49,462 nucleotides of DNA, taken from an uncultured Collinsella sp. (GTDB lineage: Bacteria; Actinomycetota; Coriobacteriia; Coriobacteriales; Coriobacteriaceae). The number at the start of each line of letters is the position of its first letter. Within the stretch, counting starts at the first letter, position 1. Under the pieces are notes generated by a model. That model was not told where the DNA came from, did no database searches, and was given only the letters and a program-made list of their open reading frames with translations. Of this stretch, positions 9,352 to 19,063 are shown in pieces. Made by a program: the position numbers and the translations under genes. Location of the stretch: the NCBI GenBank assembly GCA_902494295.1, contig CABUSL010000001.1:1-49462 (forward strand), read 5' to 3'.

Positions 9352-10111
9352 TCGTACCCTTCTTATCGCTGGTAACTGGAAGATGAACAACGACGTCGCC
9401 GAGGCCGCCAAGCTCGCCGACGAGCTGGCTCAGGCTCTGCCCGAGGTTCCGGCTGGCGTCGAGGTGCTCGTCTGCCCTCCGACCATCGACATCACCACGG
9501 TTCATGACCGCATTCAGGCTGCCCCCATCGCCCTCGGTGCACAGAACGTGTACTGGGAGGCCAAGGGTGCCTTCACCGGTGAGTCCTCTTGCGACATGCT
9601 CAAGTCCGCTGGCTGCACCTACTGCATCATCGGCCACTCCGAGCGTCGTGACTACTTCCACGAGACCGACGAGGACCAGAACAAGAAGGCCAAGGCCCTC
9701 GTTGCCGCCGGTCTTGTTCCCGTCTTCTGCTGCGGCGAGTCCCTCGAGGTCCGCGAGGCTGGCACCTATGTCGAGCACGTCGTGAACCAGGTCAAGGCTG
9801 GCCTTGCTGGTCTTGAGATCACCTGCCCCAAGCAGGTCGTCGTCGCCTACGAGCCCATCTGGGCCATCGGCACCGGCAAGACCGCTACTGCTGAGGATGC
9901 TCAGGAGGTCTGCGGCGCTATCCGTGAGACCCTCAAGGAGATGTTTGGCGAGGAGCTCGCTAACGGCATCCGCGTTCTCTATGGTGGCTCTGCCAAGCCC
10001 GGCAACATCGCCGAGCTCGTCGCCAAGCCCGACGTTGACGGCGCCCTCGTGGGCGGCGCTTCGCTCAAGGCTGCCGACTTCGCCTCTATGGTCGTCAAGG
10101 CAGGCGAGTAG
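9344..10111 (+). CDS. tpiA: Triosephosphate isomerase
   Basis: AGNWKMN, GHSERR, AYEPIWAIGTG and DGALVGGASL motifs. ATG 9344 overlaps the end of pgk. Confidence 0.97.
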   Translation: MPNRTLLIAGNWKMNNDVAEAAKLADELAQALPEVPAGVEVLVCPPTIDITTVHDRIQAAPIALGAQNVYWEAKGAFTGESSCDMLKSAGCTYCIIGHSERRDYFHETDEDQNKKAKALVAAGLVPVFCCGESLEVREAGTYVEHVVNQVKAGLAGLEITCPKQVVVAYEPIWAIGTGKTATAEDAQEVCGAIRETLKEMFGEELANGIRVLYGGSAKPGNIAELVAKPDVDGALVGGASLKAADFASMVVKAGE

Positions 10112-10116
10112 GACAT

Positions 10117-11670
10117 ATGGCACAGCGTCATCTTCCTGCACTCCTGATCATCATGGACGGCTGCGGCCTTGCTCCGGCCGATGGCGAGAACGCCGTCGCC
10201 GCTGCCAAGACGCCCTTCCTTGATAGCCTGTACGAGAAGTATCCCCACACTACGCTCGGCGCTTCGGGCGAGGACGTGGGCCTTCCCGACGGTCAGATGG
10301 GCAACTCCGAGGTGGGTCACCTCAACATCGGTGCCGGCCGCATCGTGTTCCAGGAGCTTTCGCGCATCAACAACGCCATCAAGGATGGCTCCATCGCCAA
10401 GAACGAGGTCTTCGTCAAGGCTATGGACGACGTCAAGGCTGACGGCAAGACTCTCCACCTCATGGGCCTTATGAGCCCTGGCGGTGTTCATTCTCACATG
10501 AACCACGTCGAGGCTCTGGTCAAGATGGCTGCCGAGCATGGTGTCAAGACCGTTCGCGTCCACGCCTTCATGGATGGCCGCGACGTTGACCCGCAGTCCG
10601 GTGCCGGTTACATGAGTGAGTTCTGCGCCTTCCTGGCCAAGATTTCCGAGGAGACCGGTTGCGACGCTCGCGTTGCCACCGTCTCGGGCCGTTATTGGGC
10701 CATGGACCGCGATAATCGTTGGGAGCGCATCCAGCGCGCCTACGACGTCATGGTCAACGCTTCCGATGCCGATACCGACCCCGTTGCCGGTATCAAGGCC
10801 TACTACGAGAAAGACCCGCGCGGCGACGAGTTCGTCGAGCCCTTCGCTGCCCACAACGAGGGCATCCACGAGGGCGACGCGGCCATCTTCTTCAACTTCC
10901 GTCCCGACCGCGCTCGTCAGATGACCCGCGTGTTCACGGACAAGGAGTTCGACGGCTTTGAGCGCGAGCAGATCAAGCTTTCGCACTTTGTGACGATGAC
11001 CGAGTACGATCCGACGTTTGACGTCGAGGTCGCTTTCCCCAAGACGTTCCCCGAGAACGTCCTGGCCGACGTTATCGCCGCCAACGGCCTGAAGCAGCTG
11101 CACACCGCCGAGACCGAGAAGTACGCCCACGTGACGTTCTTCCTCAACGGCGGCATCGAGGAGCCCAAGGAGGGCGAGGAGCGCGTGCTCGTCGCTTCCC
11201 CCAAGGTCGCTACCTACGATCTGCAGCCTGAGATGAGCGCTCCCGAGGTTACTGAGAAGCTTGTCGCCGCCATCAACGAGGATCGCGCTGATTTCTACAT
11301 CGTGAACTTCGCGAACTGCGACATGGTTGGTCACACCGGTGTCTTCGACGCTGCCGTTAAGGCTGTCGAGGCTGTTGACGATGCCCTGTCCAAGGTTGTC
11401 CCGGCGATTCTCGCCAAGGGCGGCTTTGCACTGATTACCGCCGACCACGGCAACGCCGATCACATGTTTGACGTTGCTTCCGACGGTTCCAAGCATCCGT
11501 TTACGGCTCACACCACCAACCGCGTGCCGTTCATCATCGTTGATGAGAAGGCCAAGCTCTCCGGTATCGAGGACGGCCGTCTTTCCGATATCGCTCCGAC
11601 CATGCTCACCATGGCTGGTATTGAGCCTTCCGCCGAGATGACGGGCCGCGTGCTCGCTACCGAGGCCTAA
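10117..11670 (+). CDS. gpmI: 2,3-bisphosphoglycerate-independent phosphoglycerate mutase
   Basis: GQMGNSEVGH, GGVHSH, GRYWAMDRD, AETEKYAHVT, DMVGHTG and TADHGN motifs. Confidence 0.97.
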   Translation: MAQRHLPALLIIMDGCGLAPADGENAVAAAKTPFLDSLYEKYPHTTLGASGEDVGLPDGQMGNSEVGHLNIGAGRIVFQELSRINNAIKDGSIAKNEVFVKAMDDVKADGKTLHLMGLMSPGGVHSHMNHVEALVKMAAEHGVKTVRVHAFMDGRDVDPQSGAGYMSEFCAFLAKISEETGCDARVATVSGRYWAMDRDNRWERIQRAYDVMVNASDADTDPVAGIKAYYEKDPRGDEFVEPFAAHNEGIHEGDAAIFFNFRPDRARQMTRVFTDKEFDGFEREQIKLSHFVTMTEYDPTFDVEVAFPKTFPENVLADVIAANGLKQLHTAETEKYAHVTFFLNGGIEEPKEGEERVLVASPKVATYDLQPEMSAPEVTEKLVAAINEDRADFYIVNFANCDMVGHTGVFDAAVKAVEAVDDALSKVVPAILAKGGFALITADHGNADHMFDVASDGSKHPFTAHTTNRVPFIIVDEKAKLSGIEDGRLSDIAPTMLTMAGIEPSAEMTGRVLATEA

Positions 11671-11695
11671 TAGAAAACAAATACCGTTTTCTAGT

Positions 11696-11730
11696 AAGGG
11701 GGTTGTCCACAACCGGACAACCCCCTTTTT
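11696..11730 (+). terminator. Intrinsic terminator after gpmI
   Basis: AAGGGGGTTGTCC / GGACAACCCCCTT stem followed by a T tract. Confidence 0.8.
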
Positions 11731-11834
11731 GGTATTTCTGCCATTTCCACCCCGTCCTTGAGTGGCAGGTAGGGGAGAGCGGGGGATTGTGGTACAGTAC
11801 TGGAGTTTGAACTGTTCTATTAAGGAGCTTATCT

Positions 11835-12089
11835 ATGGGTCCGTTCCAGATTCTTCTGTTTGTCGTTTGGGCTGTTTCTGCCGTGGCGCTGACGATTCTC
11901 GTCCTGATGCATTCCGGTAAGGGTACCGGCGTTTCGGATATGATTGCCAGCTCGCTGTATAACTCCAGCTCTGCCACGGGCGTTATGGAGCAGAACCTTG
12001 ACCGCCTGACCGTCATCATGGCTGTCGTGTTTGCCGTGTGCGTCGTGCTGTGCATGTTCTTCTTTCCGCAGGGCATCGTGGGCTACTAA
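11835..12089 (+). CDS. secG: Preprotein translocase subunit SecG
   Basis: 84 aa with two TM helices; VLMHSGKGTG and E.NLDRLT motifs; conserved position after the glycolytic genes. Confidence 0.92.
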   Translation: MGPFQILLFVVWAVSAVALTILVLMHSGKGTGVSDMIASSLYNSSSATGVMEQNLDRLTVIMAVVFAVCVVLCMFFFPQGIVGY

Positions 12090-12111
12090 TCACGAGCCGC
12101 ATAAATACTTG

Positions 12112-12142
12112 AAAAGGGTCCCGCAAGTGCGGGACCCTTTTT
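12112..12142 (+). terminator. Intrinsic terminator after secG
   Basis: AAAAGGGTCCCGC-AAGT-GCGGGACCCTTTTT. Confidence 0.85.
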
Positions 12143-12380
12143 GTTTACATATTTGTAACAGAGTCAAAATATCCTCATATACTTCGCCCAACTAAAGAAA
12201 ATCTCGACCGTTAACCGGAATTAGCCCCAAATCGTGCATAAAATGCGCTACTGTATTGCAATACGTTGGTCCGCTTTGTATAACCAGCCAAAACGGCGGA
12301 CCGCGTTTGAATGGTTCGATTGGGCTGTCTTGACGTTGCCCGACCGAACTTACTTTGTCCTATCTCATAAGGAGGATGGC

Positions 12381-14057
12381 ATGGCTGATTCTATGTTCCA
12401 CCAGCCCGTTATGGGTCGTCGCGCCTTTGTTGGCGGCACCCTCGCTGCGAGCTCCATGGCTTTTCTTGCCGCATGCGGCAAGAAGGGCGGCGACGCTTCC
12501 GGTTCTGAGTCCGGTTCGACGCTGAACTTCTACATCAACAACCCGGTCTGCATCGACCCCTACAATGTCCAGGAGGACCAGGGCACTCAGGTCGAGTACC
12601 AGCTCTTTGACGCTCTGACCTCTTATGACGCCGAGAAGGGCGAGATCGTTCCGCTGGCTTGCGAGTCCTTCGAGGCCAACGACGACGCCACCGAGTTCAC
12701 CTTCAAGATCAAGAAGGCCAAGTTCCACAACGGTGACGACGTTACCTCCAAGTCCTTCAAGCTCGGTTGGGAGCGTCTGGTCAACACCAAGTCGGCCATC
12801 GCTACCGAGTACGGCCCTTCTGAGGTCTCCTATCACCTTTCCATGGTTGAGGGCTATGACGACCTGCTTGCCGGTAACGCCACCGAGCTCAGCGGTGTTA
12901 CTTGCCCCGACGATGAGACCCTCGTCGTCAAGCTGTCTTCCGCTTACGCCGACTTCCCCTTCGTCGCCTCTCACCCGGCTCTGTCCCCGGTTCCCGAGTG
13001 CGCCGAGTCCGATGCCAAGAGCTTCTATCTTGCACCGGTCGGTAACGGCCCGTTCATGATGGACGGCAAGTGGGAGGATGGTCAGGAGATCAACCTCAAG
13101 AAGTTCGACGATTACTATGGCGACAAGGCCAAGATCGATGGCATCCACTTCCAGGTCATCAAGGACATGGAGACCGCTTACAAGGAGTTCCAGGCCGGTA
13201 ACCTCGATGTCTGCGACGTTCCCGTTGCTCAGATCGACGCTGCCAAGAAGGATCGCGGCGTGTCCAAGGACGGCTACACCATGGGCGACGGCGAGCGCAT
13301 GCTGCTCGGTGCCGAGCCTTCCACCTACTATCTGACCTGCAACAACACGGCCGAGCCGTTCAACAACGCCGACCTGCGCAGGGGTATCTCCCTGGCCATC
13401 AACCGTGAGGCCATCTGCAAGACCATCTTCAAGGGTACCCGTACCCCCGCCGACGGCATTGTTCCTCCGGGCATCGATGGCTACAAGGAGGGCGCATGGG
13501 AGTTCTGCGAGTACAACGTTGATAAGGCCAACGAGTACCTCGACAAGGTTGCTCCCGCTGGCGCTAACGGCGACCGTGGCATTAGCGTGACCCTTTCCTA
13601 CAACCAGGACGGTGGTCACAAGGAGATCATGGAGTCCATCATCGGCGACCTCGCCAAGGTTGGCGTTACCGCTGTCTCCGATACCCCCGAGTGGTCTGCC
13701 CTGCTCGAGCAGTACCAGAACTTTAACTATCAGTTCGGTCGTCTGGGTTGGATTGCCGACTACCCGATCATGGACAACTTCCTGTATCCGCTGTTCCACT
13801 CCGACTCCCTCGGTGGCGACAACCGCTCCGGTTACAACAACCCCGAGTTCGACGCCAAGGTCGACGAGGCTCGTGCTATTGTTGACGACGAGGAGCGCGT
13901 CGCTAAGATGCAGGAGGCCGACGCAATGGTCGCTGCCGACTGCCCGGTCATCCCGATTATGTTCTACACGCACACCATCGTCGGCTCCGATCGCATCAAG
14001 CACCTCTATGTCGATCCGCAGAAGCATGCCGATCTGGGTACCGCTGAGCTCGCCTAA
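12381..14057 (+). CDS. oppA: Peptide ABC transporter substrate-binding lipoprotein (family 5, OppA/DppA-like)
   Basis: AKFHNGDDVTS, PVGNGPF and GWIADYP motifs. Signal peptide has RRAFV and lipobox LAAC; AAGGAGG SD. Confidence 0.88.
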   Translation: MADSMFHQPVMGRRAFVGGTLAASSMAFLAACGKKGGDASGSESGSTLNFYINNPVCIDPYNVQEDQGTQVEYQLFDALTSYDAEKGEIVPLACESFEANDDATEFTFKIKKAKFHNGDDVTSKSFKLGWERLVNTKSAIATEYGPSEVSYHLSMVEGYDDLLAGNATELSGVTCPDDETLVVKLSSAYADFPFVASHPALSPVPECAESDAKSFYLAPVGNGPFMMDGKWEDGQEINLKKFDDYYGDKAKIDGIHFQVIKDMETAYKEFQAGNLDVCDVPVAQIDAAKKDRGVSKDGYTMGDGERMLLGAEPSTYYLTCNNTAEPFNNADLRRGISLAINREAICKTIFKGTRTPADGIVPPGIDGYKEGAWEFCEYNVDKANEYLDKVAPAGANGDRGISVTLSYNQDGGHKEIMESIIGDLAKVGVTAVSDTPEWSALLEQYQNFNYQFGRLGWIADYPIMDNFLYPLFHSDSLGGDNRSGYNNPEFDAKVDEARAIVDDEERVAKMQEADAMVAADCPVIPIMFYTHTIVGSDRIKHLYVDPQKHADLGTAELA

Positions 14058-14213
14058 GAGTTTGCAGCTTCCGTGAGGGTCAAGTATTTACGTAGACCTC
14101 ATGGGAAACATACAGTTCTCCCTAACCTGGGGTAAACTGGCTGATGGTAATTTTGGGATGCCGGTCTGGCGATCGGCATCCCATTTAGGTTAATCCCTAG
14201 ATAGGGGAGTGGT

Positions 14214-15251
14214 ATGGGTAAGTACATCGTTAAACGTGTGCTTCAGTTCATCCCGGTGTTTTTGGGCGTTACGCTGATTCTGTTCGCCCTCCAGAATATC
14301 GTGCCGGGAGATCCGATCAAGCTGATCGGTGGAGACAAGGCTCTGTCCCCCGAGGTGGAGCTTCAGCTTCGCGTCCGCTATCACCTGGTCCAGTCGGACG
14401 AGGACGGCAACGCGATTCTTGACGAGAACGGCGACCCCGTTCAAACGTCGCTCGTGGACCGTTATTTGTATTACATGAACGGCCTGCTTCATGGCGATCT
14501 GGGCAATTCGTATCAGCGTAAGCTGCCGGTTACGGAAATCTTTGCCCAGAAGTATCCGTATACGGTCAAACTTGCCGCGTGCGCCATCGTGCTCGAGGCA
14601 ATCATGGGTATCGGTGCGGGTATCATTTCGGCGGTAAAGCGTTATTCCTTCTGGGATATTTTGGTAACGCTCACCACGTCGATCCTCGTTGCCGTCCCGG
14701 CCTTCTGGCTCGGTATGTTGCTGCAACTGTTCTTTGGCGTCATCCTCAAGGACGCCACGGGCGGTGCATTCTCCATGCCGATCTCGGGTGCCGGTGGTTC
14801 CAGCTCTCAGTATCAGGATTGGATGCACTATGTGCTCCCGACCATTACGCTGGCTTCGGTTTCGACCGCTTACGCCGCCCGCATTATGCGCTCGCAGCTG
14901 CTCGACGTCATGAACCAGGATTACATCCGCACGGCAAAGGCCAAGGGTCTCTCCAATCGCGCGATCATCATCAAGCATGCGCTTAAGAATGCACTCATCC
15001 CCGTCGTTACCTATATTAGTGTCGACTTCGGTGGCATGCTTTCGGGCGCCATCCTGACCGAGACGGTCTTTAACTGGCCCGGTATCGGCTATGAGGTCTA
15101 TCGCGCCATTAGCATGCGTGACTGGCCCATCGTTATGGGCGGCGTTACGCTCATCGTCGTCGTCGTCATGGTGATCAACCTGCTCGTCGACATTAGCTAT
15201 GCATTCCTCGACCCGCGCATCCGCCTTGGCGGTCCGTCGGATAAGGCCTAA
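14214..15251 (+). CDS. oppB: Peptide ABC transporter permease
   Basis: VPGDP, GDLGNSY, DYIRTAKAKGL and ETVFNWPGIG motifs. Confidence 0.9.
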   Translation: MGKYIVKRVLQFIPVFLGVTLILFALQNIVPGDPIKLIGGDKALSPEVELQLRVRYHLVQSDEDGNAILDENGDPVQTSLVDRYLYYMNGLLHGDLGNSYQRKLPVTEIFAQKYPYTVKLAACAIVLEAIMGIGAGIISAVKRYSFWDILVTLTTSILVAVPAFWLGMLLQLFFGVILKDATGGAFSMPISGAGGSSSQYQDWMHYVLPTITLASVSTAYAARIMRSQLLDVMNQDYIRTAKAKGLSNRAIIIKHALKNALIPVVTYISVDFGGMLSGAILTETVFNWPGIGYEVYRAISMRDWPIVMGGVTLIVVVVMVINLLVDISYAFLDPRIRLGGPSDKA

Positions 15252-15265
15252 GGGAGGTACGTCTC

Positions 15266-16201
15266 ATGCAGGAAACTGATTCTCAGTCTCAGGAGCAGGC
15301 TACCGCCACCAAGGCCGCATCTGCTCCCGCCAAGTCCCGCACGCTGTGGGGCGACGCTTTCAAGCGTCTTCGTAAGAACAAGCTCGCCGTTATCGGTGTT
15401 TGCTGGATCATCATCGTCGTTGTGGTTGCCCTGACCGCAGATCTGTGGGCTAAGCCCTGGCTCGGTTCGCCGACGGCTTCCGACTCGACCACCATGGCCC
15501 AGACGTCGCTGATGGCTCCGTGTGCAGAGCACCCGTTTGGCACCGACGCCCTTGGTCGTGACATCCTCGTCCGCGTTATCTACGGTGCACGTGTTTCGCT
15601 GTCCGTCGGCATTATGGCCACCGCGATCTCCACGCTGATCGGTCTGGTCATGGGTGCTCTGGCGGGTTTCTACGGCGGCATCTGGGATACGATCATCATG
15701 CGCTGTGCGGACATCTTCCTGGCGTTCCCGTACGTGCTGTTCGTTGTCGCCATGATCGCCGTTATCGGCCGTGGTCTTCAGAACGTCTTTATCGCCATCG
15801 GTATTCTCGGCTGGCCTTCGATTGCGCGCGTCTTCCGCTCTGCAATCTTGACGGTCAAGGAAAACGACTATGTTGACGCTGCACGCGCGATGGGTGCATC
15901 TGATGCCCGTATCGTCGTGCGTCACATCTTCCCGAACTCCGTCGCCTCTATCGTGGTCTACGCAACCATGAACATTGGTGGCGCCATTCTGACCGAGTCC
16001 GCTCTGTCCTTCCTCGGCATGGGCGTTATTCCGCCTACGCCTTCGTGGGGCTCCATGATTCAGGACGGTCAGCAGTATCTTCTGACCGCTCCCTGGATGA
16101 TGATCATGCCCGGTCTGGCAATTCTCTCGACGGTGCTCGCCTTCACCCTGCTGGGTGACGGTCTGCGCGACGCCCTCGACGTCAAGATGAAGGACGCATA
16201 A
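15266..16201 (+). CDS. oppC: Peptide ABC transporter permease
   Basis: HPFGTDALGRD, YVDAARAMGA and LSFLGMG..PPTPSWG motifs. Confidence 0.9.
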   Translation: MQETDSQSQEQATATKAASAPAKSRTLWGDAFKRLRKNKLAVIGVCWIIIVVVVALTADLWAKPWLGSPTASDSTTMAQTSLMAPCAEHPFGTDALGRDILVRVIYGARVSLSVGIMATAISTLIGLVMGALAGFYGGIWDTIIMRCADIFLAFPYVLFVVAMIAVIGRGLQNVFIAIGILGWPSIARVFRSAILTVKENDYVDAARAMGASDARIVVRHIFPNSVASIVVYATMNIGGAILTESALSFLGMGVIPPTPSWGSMIQDGQQYLLTAPWMMIMPGLAILSTVLAFTLLGDGLRDALDVKMKDA

Positions 16202-16203
16202 GG

Positions 16204-17294
16204 ATGAAGAAGAACAAGAACTATGTGGACCTGAAGGACCAGCCGGTTCCCGAGGGCCAGCATCTGCTCGAGGTCGACGACCTTAAGATGTATTTCCACA
16301 CCGAAGATGGCGTCGTTCGCGCTGTCGATGGTGTGTCCTACACGCTCGATCGTGGCGAGACCCTTGGTGTCGTCGGTGAGTCCGGCTCTGGTAAGTCCGT
16401 GACTGCCATGACCATCATGGGCCTTATCTCGATGCCTCCGGGAAAGATTGAGGGCGGTGACGTTCGCTATCGCGGCCGCTCCATCCTCGAGATGACCGAG
16501 GAAGAGATGCAGCACATTCGCGGCAACGATATCGCGATGATCTTCCAGGATCCAATGACCTCCTTGAACCCGGTCTATAAGATCGGCAAGCAGGTGGGCG
16601 AGGGCCTTCGTCTGCACCGCGGCTACTCCAAGCAGGAGGCGCTCAAGCGCGCCACCGAGCTTTTGGACCTCGTTGGCATTCCTGAGCCCGAGAAGCGCGT
16701 CAATGAGTATCCGCACCAGTTCTCTGGCGGTATGCGTCAGCGTGTCATGATCGCTATGGCTCTTGCCTGCGATCCCGATATCCTGATTGCCGACGAGCCC
16801 ACGACGGCTCTGGACGTTACCATTCAGGCTCAGATTATCGAGCTCATGCAGGAAATGCAGGAGAAGAACGGCAACGCCATCATCATGATTACCCATGACC
16901 TGGGCGTCGTTGCCGATATGGCCGATAAGATCATGGTTATGTACGCCGGCCGTCCCGTCGAGTTCGGTACTGCTGAGGAAATCTTCTACGAGAGTCGCCA
17001 CCCCTACACCTGGGGTCTTATCCGCTCCATCCCGGAGCAGGCCATCGAAGAGAAGAAGCCGCTTACGCCGATTCACGGCAACCCGCCTTCGCTCATGAAC
17101 CTGCCTGAGGGCTGCGTGTTCTCGCCTCGTTGTCCCTATGCGACGGACAAGTGCCGCAAGCAGCGCCCCGAGCGCGTTGGCACCGAGTCTGGTCATTACT
17201 CTGCGTGCCACTACTCCGGTGACCCCGAGTTCCTCAAGAACGCTCCTGAGACGTCCCGTACGCGCAAGGATTCCAAGAAGGGAGGCGAGGCGTA

Positions 17295-17295
<1 letters not shown>
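16204..17295 (+). CDS. oppD: Peptide ABC transporter ATP-binding protein
   Basis: GESGSGKS, YPHQFSGGMRQR, ADEPTTALD and a C-terminal Cys-rich oligopeptide-ATPase domain. Confidence 0.92.
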
Positions 17296-18323
<1,028 letters not shown>

Positions 18324-18339
18324 TCGGTTGTTCTCGTCC

Positions 18340-18464
18340 GGGCCCGCCCTGGTGTTACTTTTCAGAACGTCCTCGGACATGTCGGAAGCCCCGCTGCGCG
18401 CTACGCGCTGCGGGGCTTCCTCCGTCCTGCGGGATGTTCTGAAAAGTAACACCAGGGCGGGCCC
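18340..18464 (-). repeat. 125-bp palindromic element, family A copy 1
   Basis: Perfect 29-bp arms (18340-18368 / 18436-18464) and inner 11-bp stem. On the minus strand it reads ATCCCGCAGG..AGCGC-GTA-GCGCG..ATGTCCGAGGAC. Confidence 0.85.
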
Positions 18465-18528
18465 TGCGATAACTCGGCAGGGGGAGTGCGATTCCTTGAT
18501 CGCTCACTTAATCTAATTGGAAAGATAG

Positions 18529-18557
18529 TGAGGCCGGAGCTTTGGCTCCGGCCTCCC
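18529..18557. repeat. Short hairpin with the same termini as family A copy 3
   Basis: TGAGGCCGGAGC-TTTG-GCTCCGGCCTCCC. The ends TGAGGCCGG / CCGGCCTCCC match 28376-28462. Confidence 0.5.
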
Positions 18558-18645
18558 CATATAAGGGCTTGGCAAAGCCGAGCCACCAAATTTATATCAG
18601 CCCTCAGAACATGTTTGAGAACGGTGCCTGGAGTACGTGGACGTA

Positions 18646-18770
18646 GGGCCGGAACGGGGTCAGCTTCCCAACGCATTCCGCAGGGGGCGGTACATTTTGT
18701 AGCGCGAAGCGCGAATCAAAATGTACCGCATGCCCGAGGACGCGTTGGGAAGCTGACCCCGTTCCGGCCC
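18646..18770 (+). repeat. 125-bp palindromic element, family A copy 2
   Basis: Perfect 29-bp arms (18646-18674 / 18742-18770) and inner 13-bp stem. Reads ATTCCGCAGG..AGCGC-GAA-GCGCG..ATGCCCGAGGAC. Confidence 0.85.
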
Positions 18771-18808
18771 GAACATAAGCGTCTACCAGAGCATTTACAA
18801 ATTCGTAA

Positions 18809-18857
18809 ACTTTTTTCAAAAAAGTGCTTGCACAGTTCTCGAATCATAGGTTATTAT
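18809..18857 (+). promoter_or_regulatory. tRNA-Leu promoter with palindromic upstream element
   Basis: ACTTTTTT-C-AAAAAAGT, then TTGCAC (-35) and TATTAT (-10). Confidence 0.6.
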
Positions 18858-18914
18858 CTTCCTCGTTGAACGCGCGGGTCCAACAAAACGAACCGTGAAT
18901 CAACAATATAGCAT

Positions 18915-19004
18915 GTCGGAGTGGCGGAATTGGCAGACGCGCTAGCTTGAGGTGCTAGTGACCGCTTTTTGGTCATGCGGGTTCAAGTCCCGCCTCCGAC
19001 ACCA
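18915..19004 (+). tRNA. tRNA-Leu(GAG)
   Basis: Acceptor GTCGGAG/CTCCGAC, anticodon arm CTAGC-TTGAGGT-GCTAG, long variable arm, GTTCAAGTC T-loop and encoded CCA. Confidence 0.96.
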
Positions 19005-19014
19005 TCGCATTTGA

Positions 19015-19037
19015 GAAGCCTCTTCGGAGGCTTTTTT
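19015..19037 (+). terminator. Terminator after tRNA-Leu
   Basis: GAAGCCTC-TTCG-GAGGCTTTTTT. Confidence 0.8.
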
Positions 19038-19063
19038 GTTACCGATAGACGGTGAGGTTCACG

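Noticed and set aside
14069..14183. Two hairpins between oppA and oppB (and one after the amino-acid SBP at about 47148-47177)
   Set aside because: These are ordinary mRNA-stabilising or partial-terminator stems after SBP genes and share no family A/B motifs.
18340..18869. ORFs in the oppF-tRNA-Leu spacer, and a CRISPR or simple-terminator reading of its repeats
   Set aside because: The ORFs are by-products of palindromes, and there is no repeat-spacer periodicity or cas gene. The 125-nt elements lack U tracts and are far longer than terminators.
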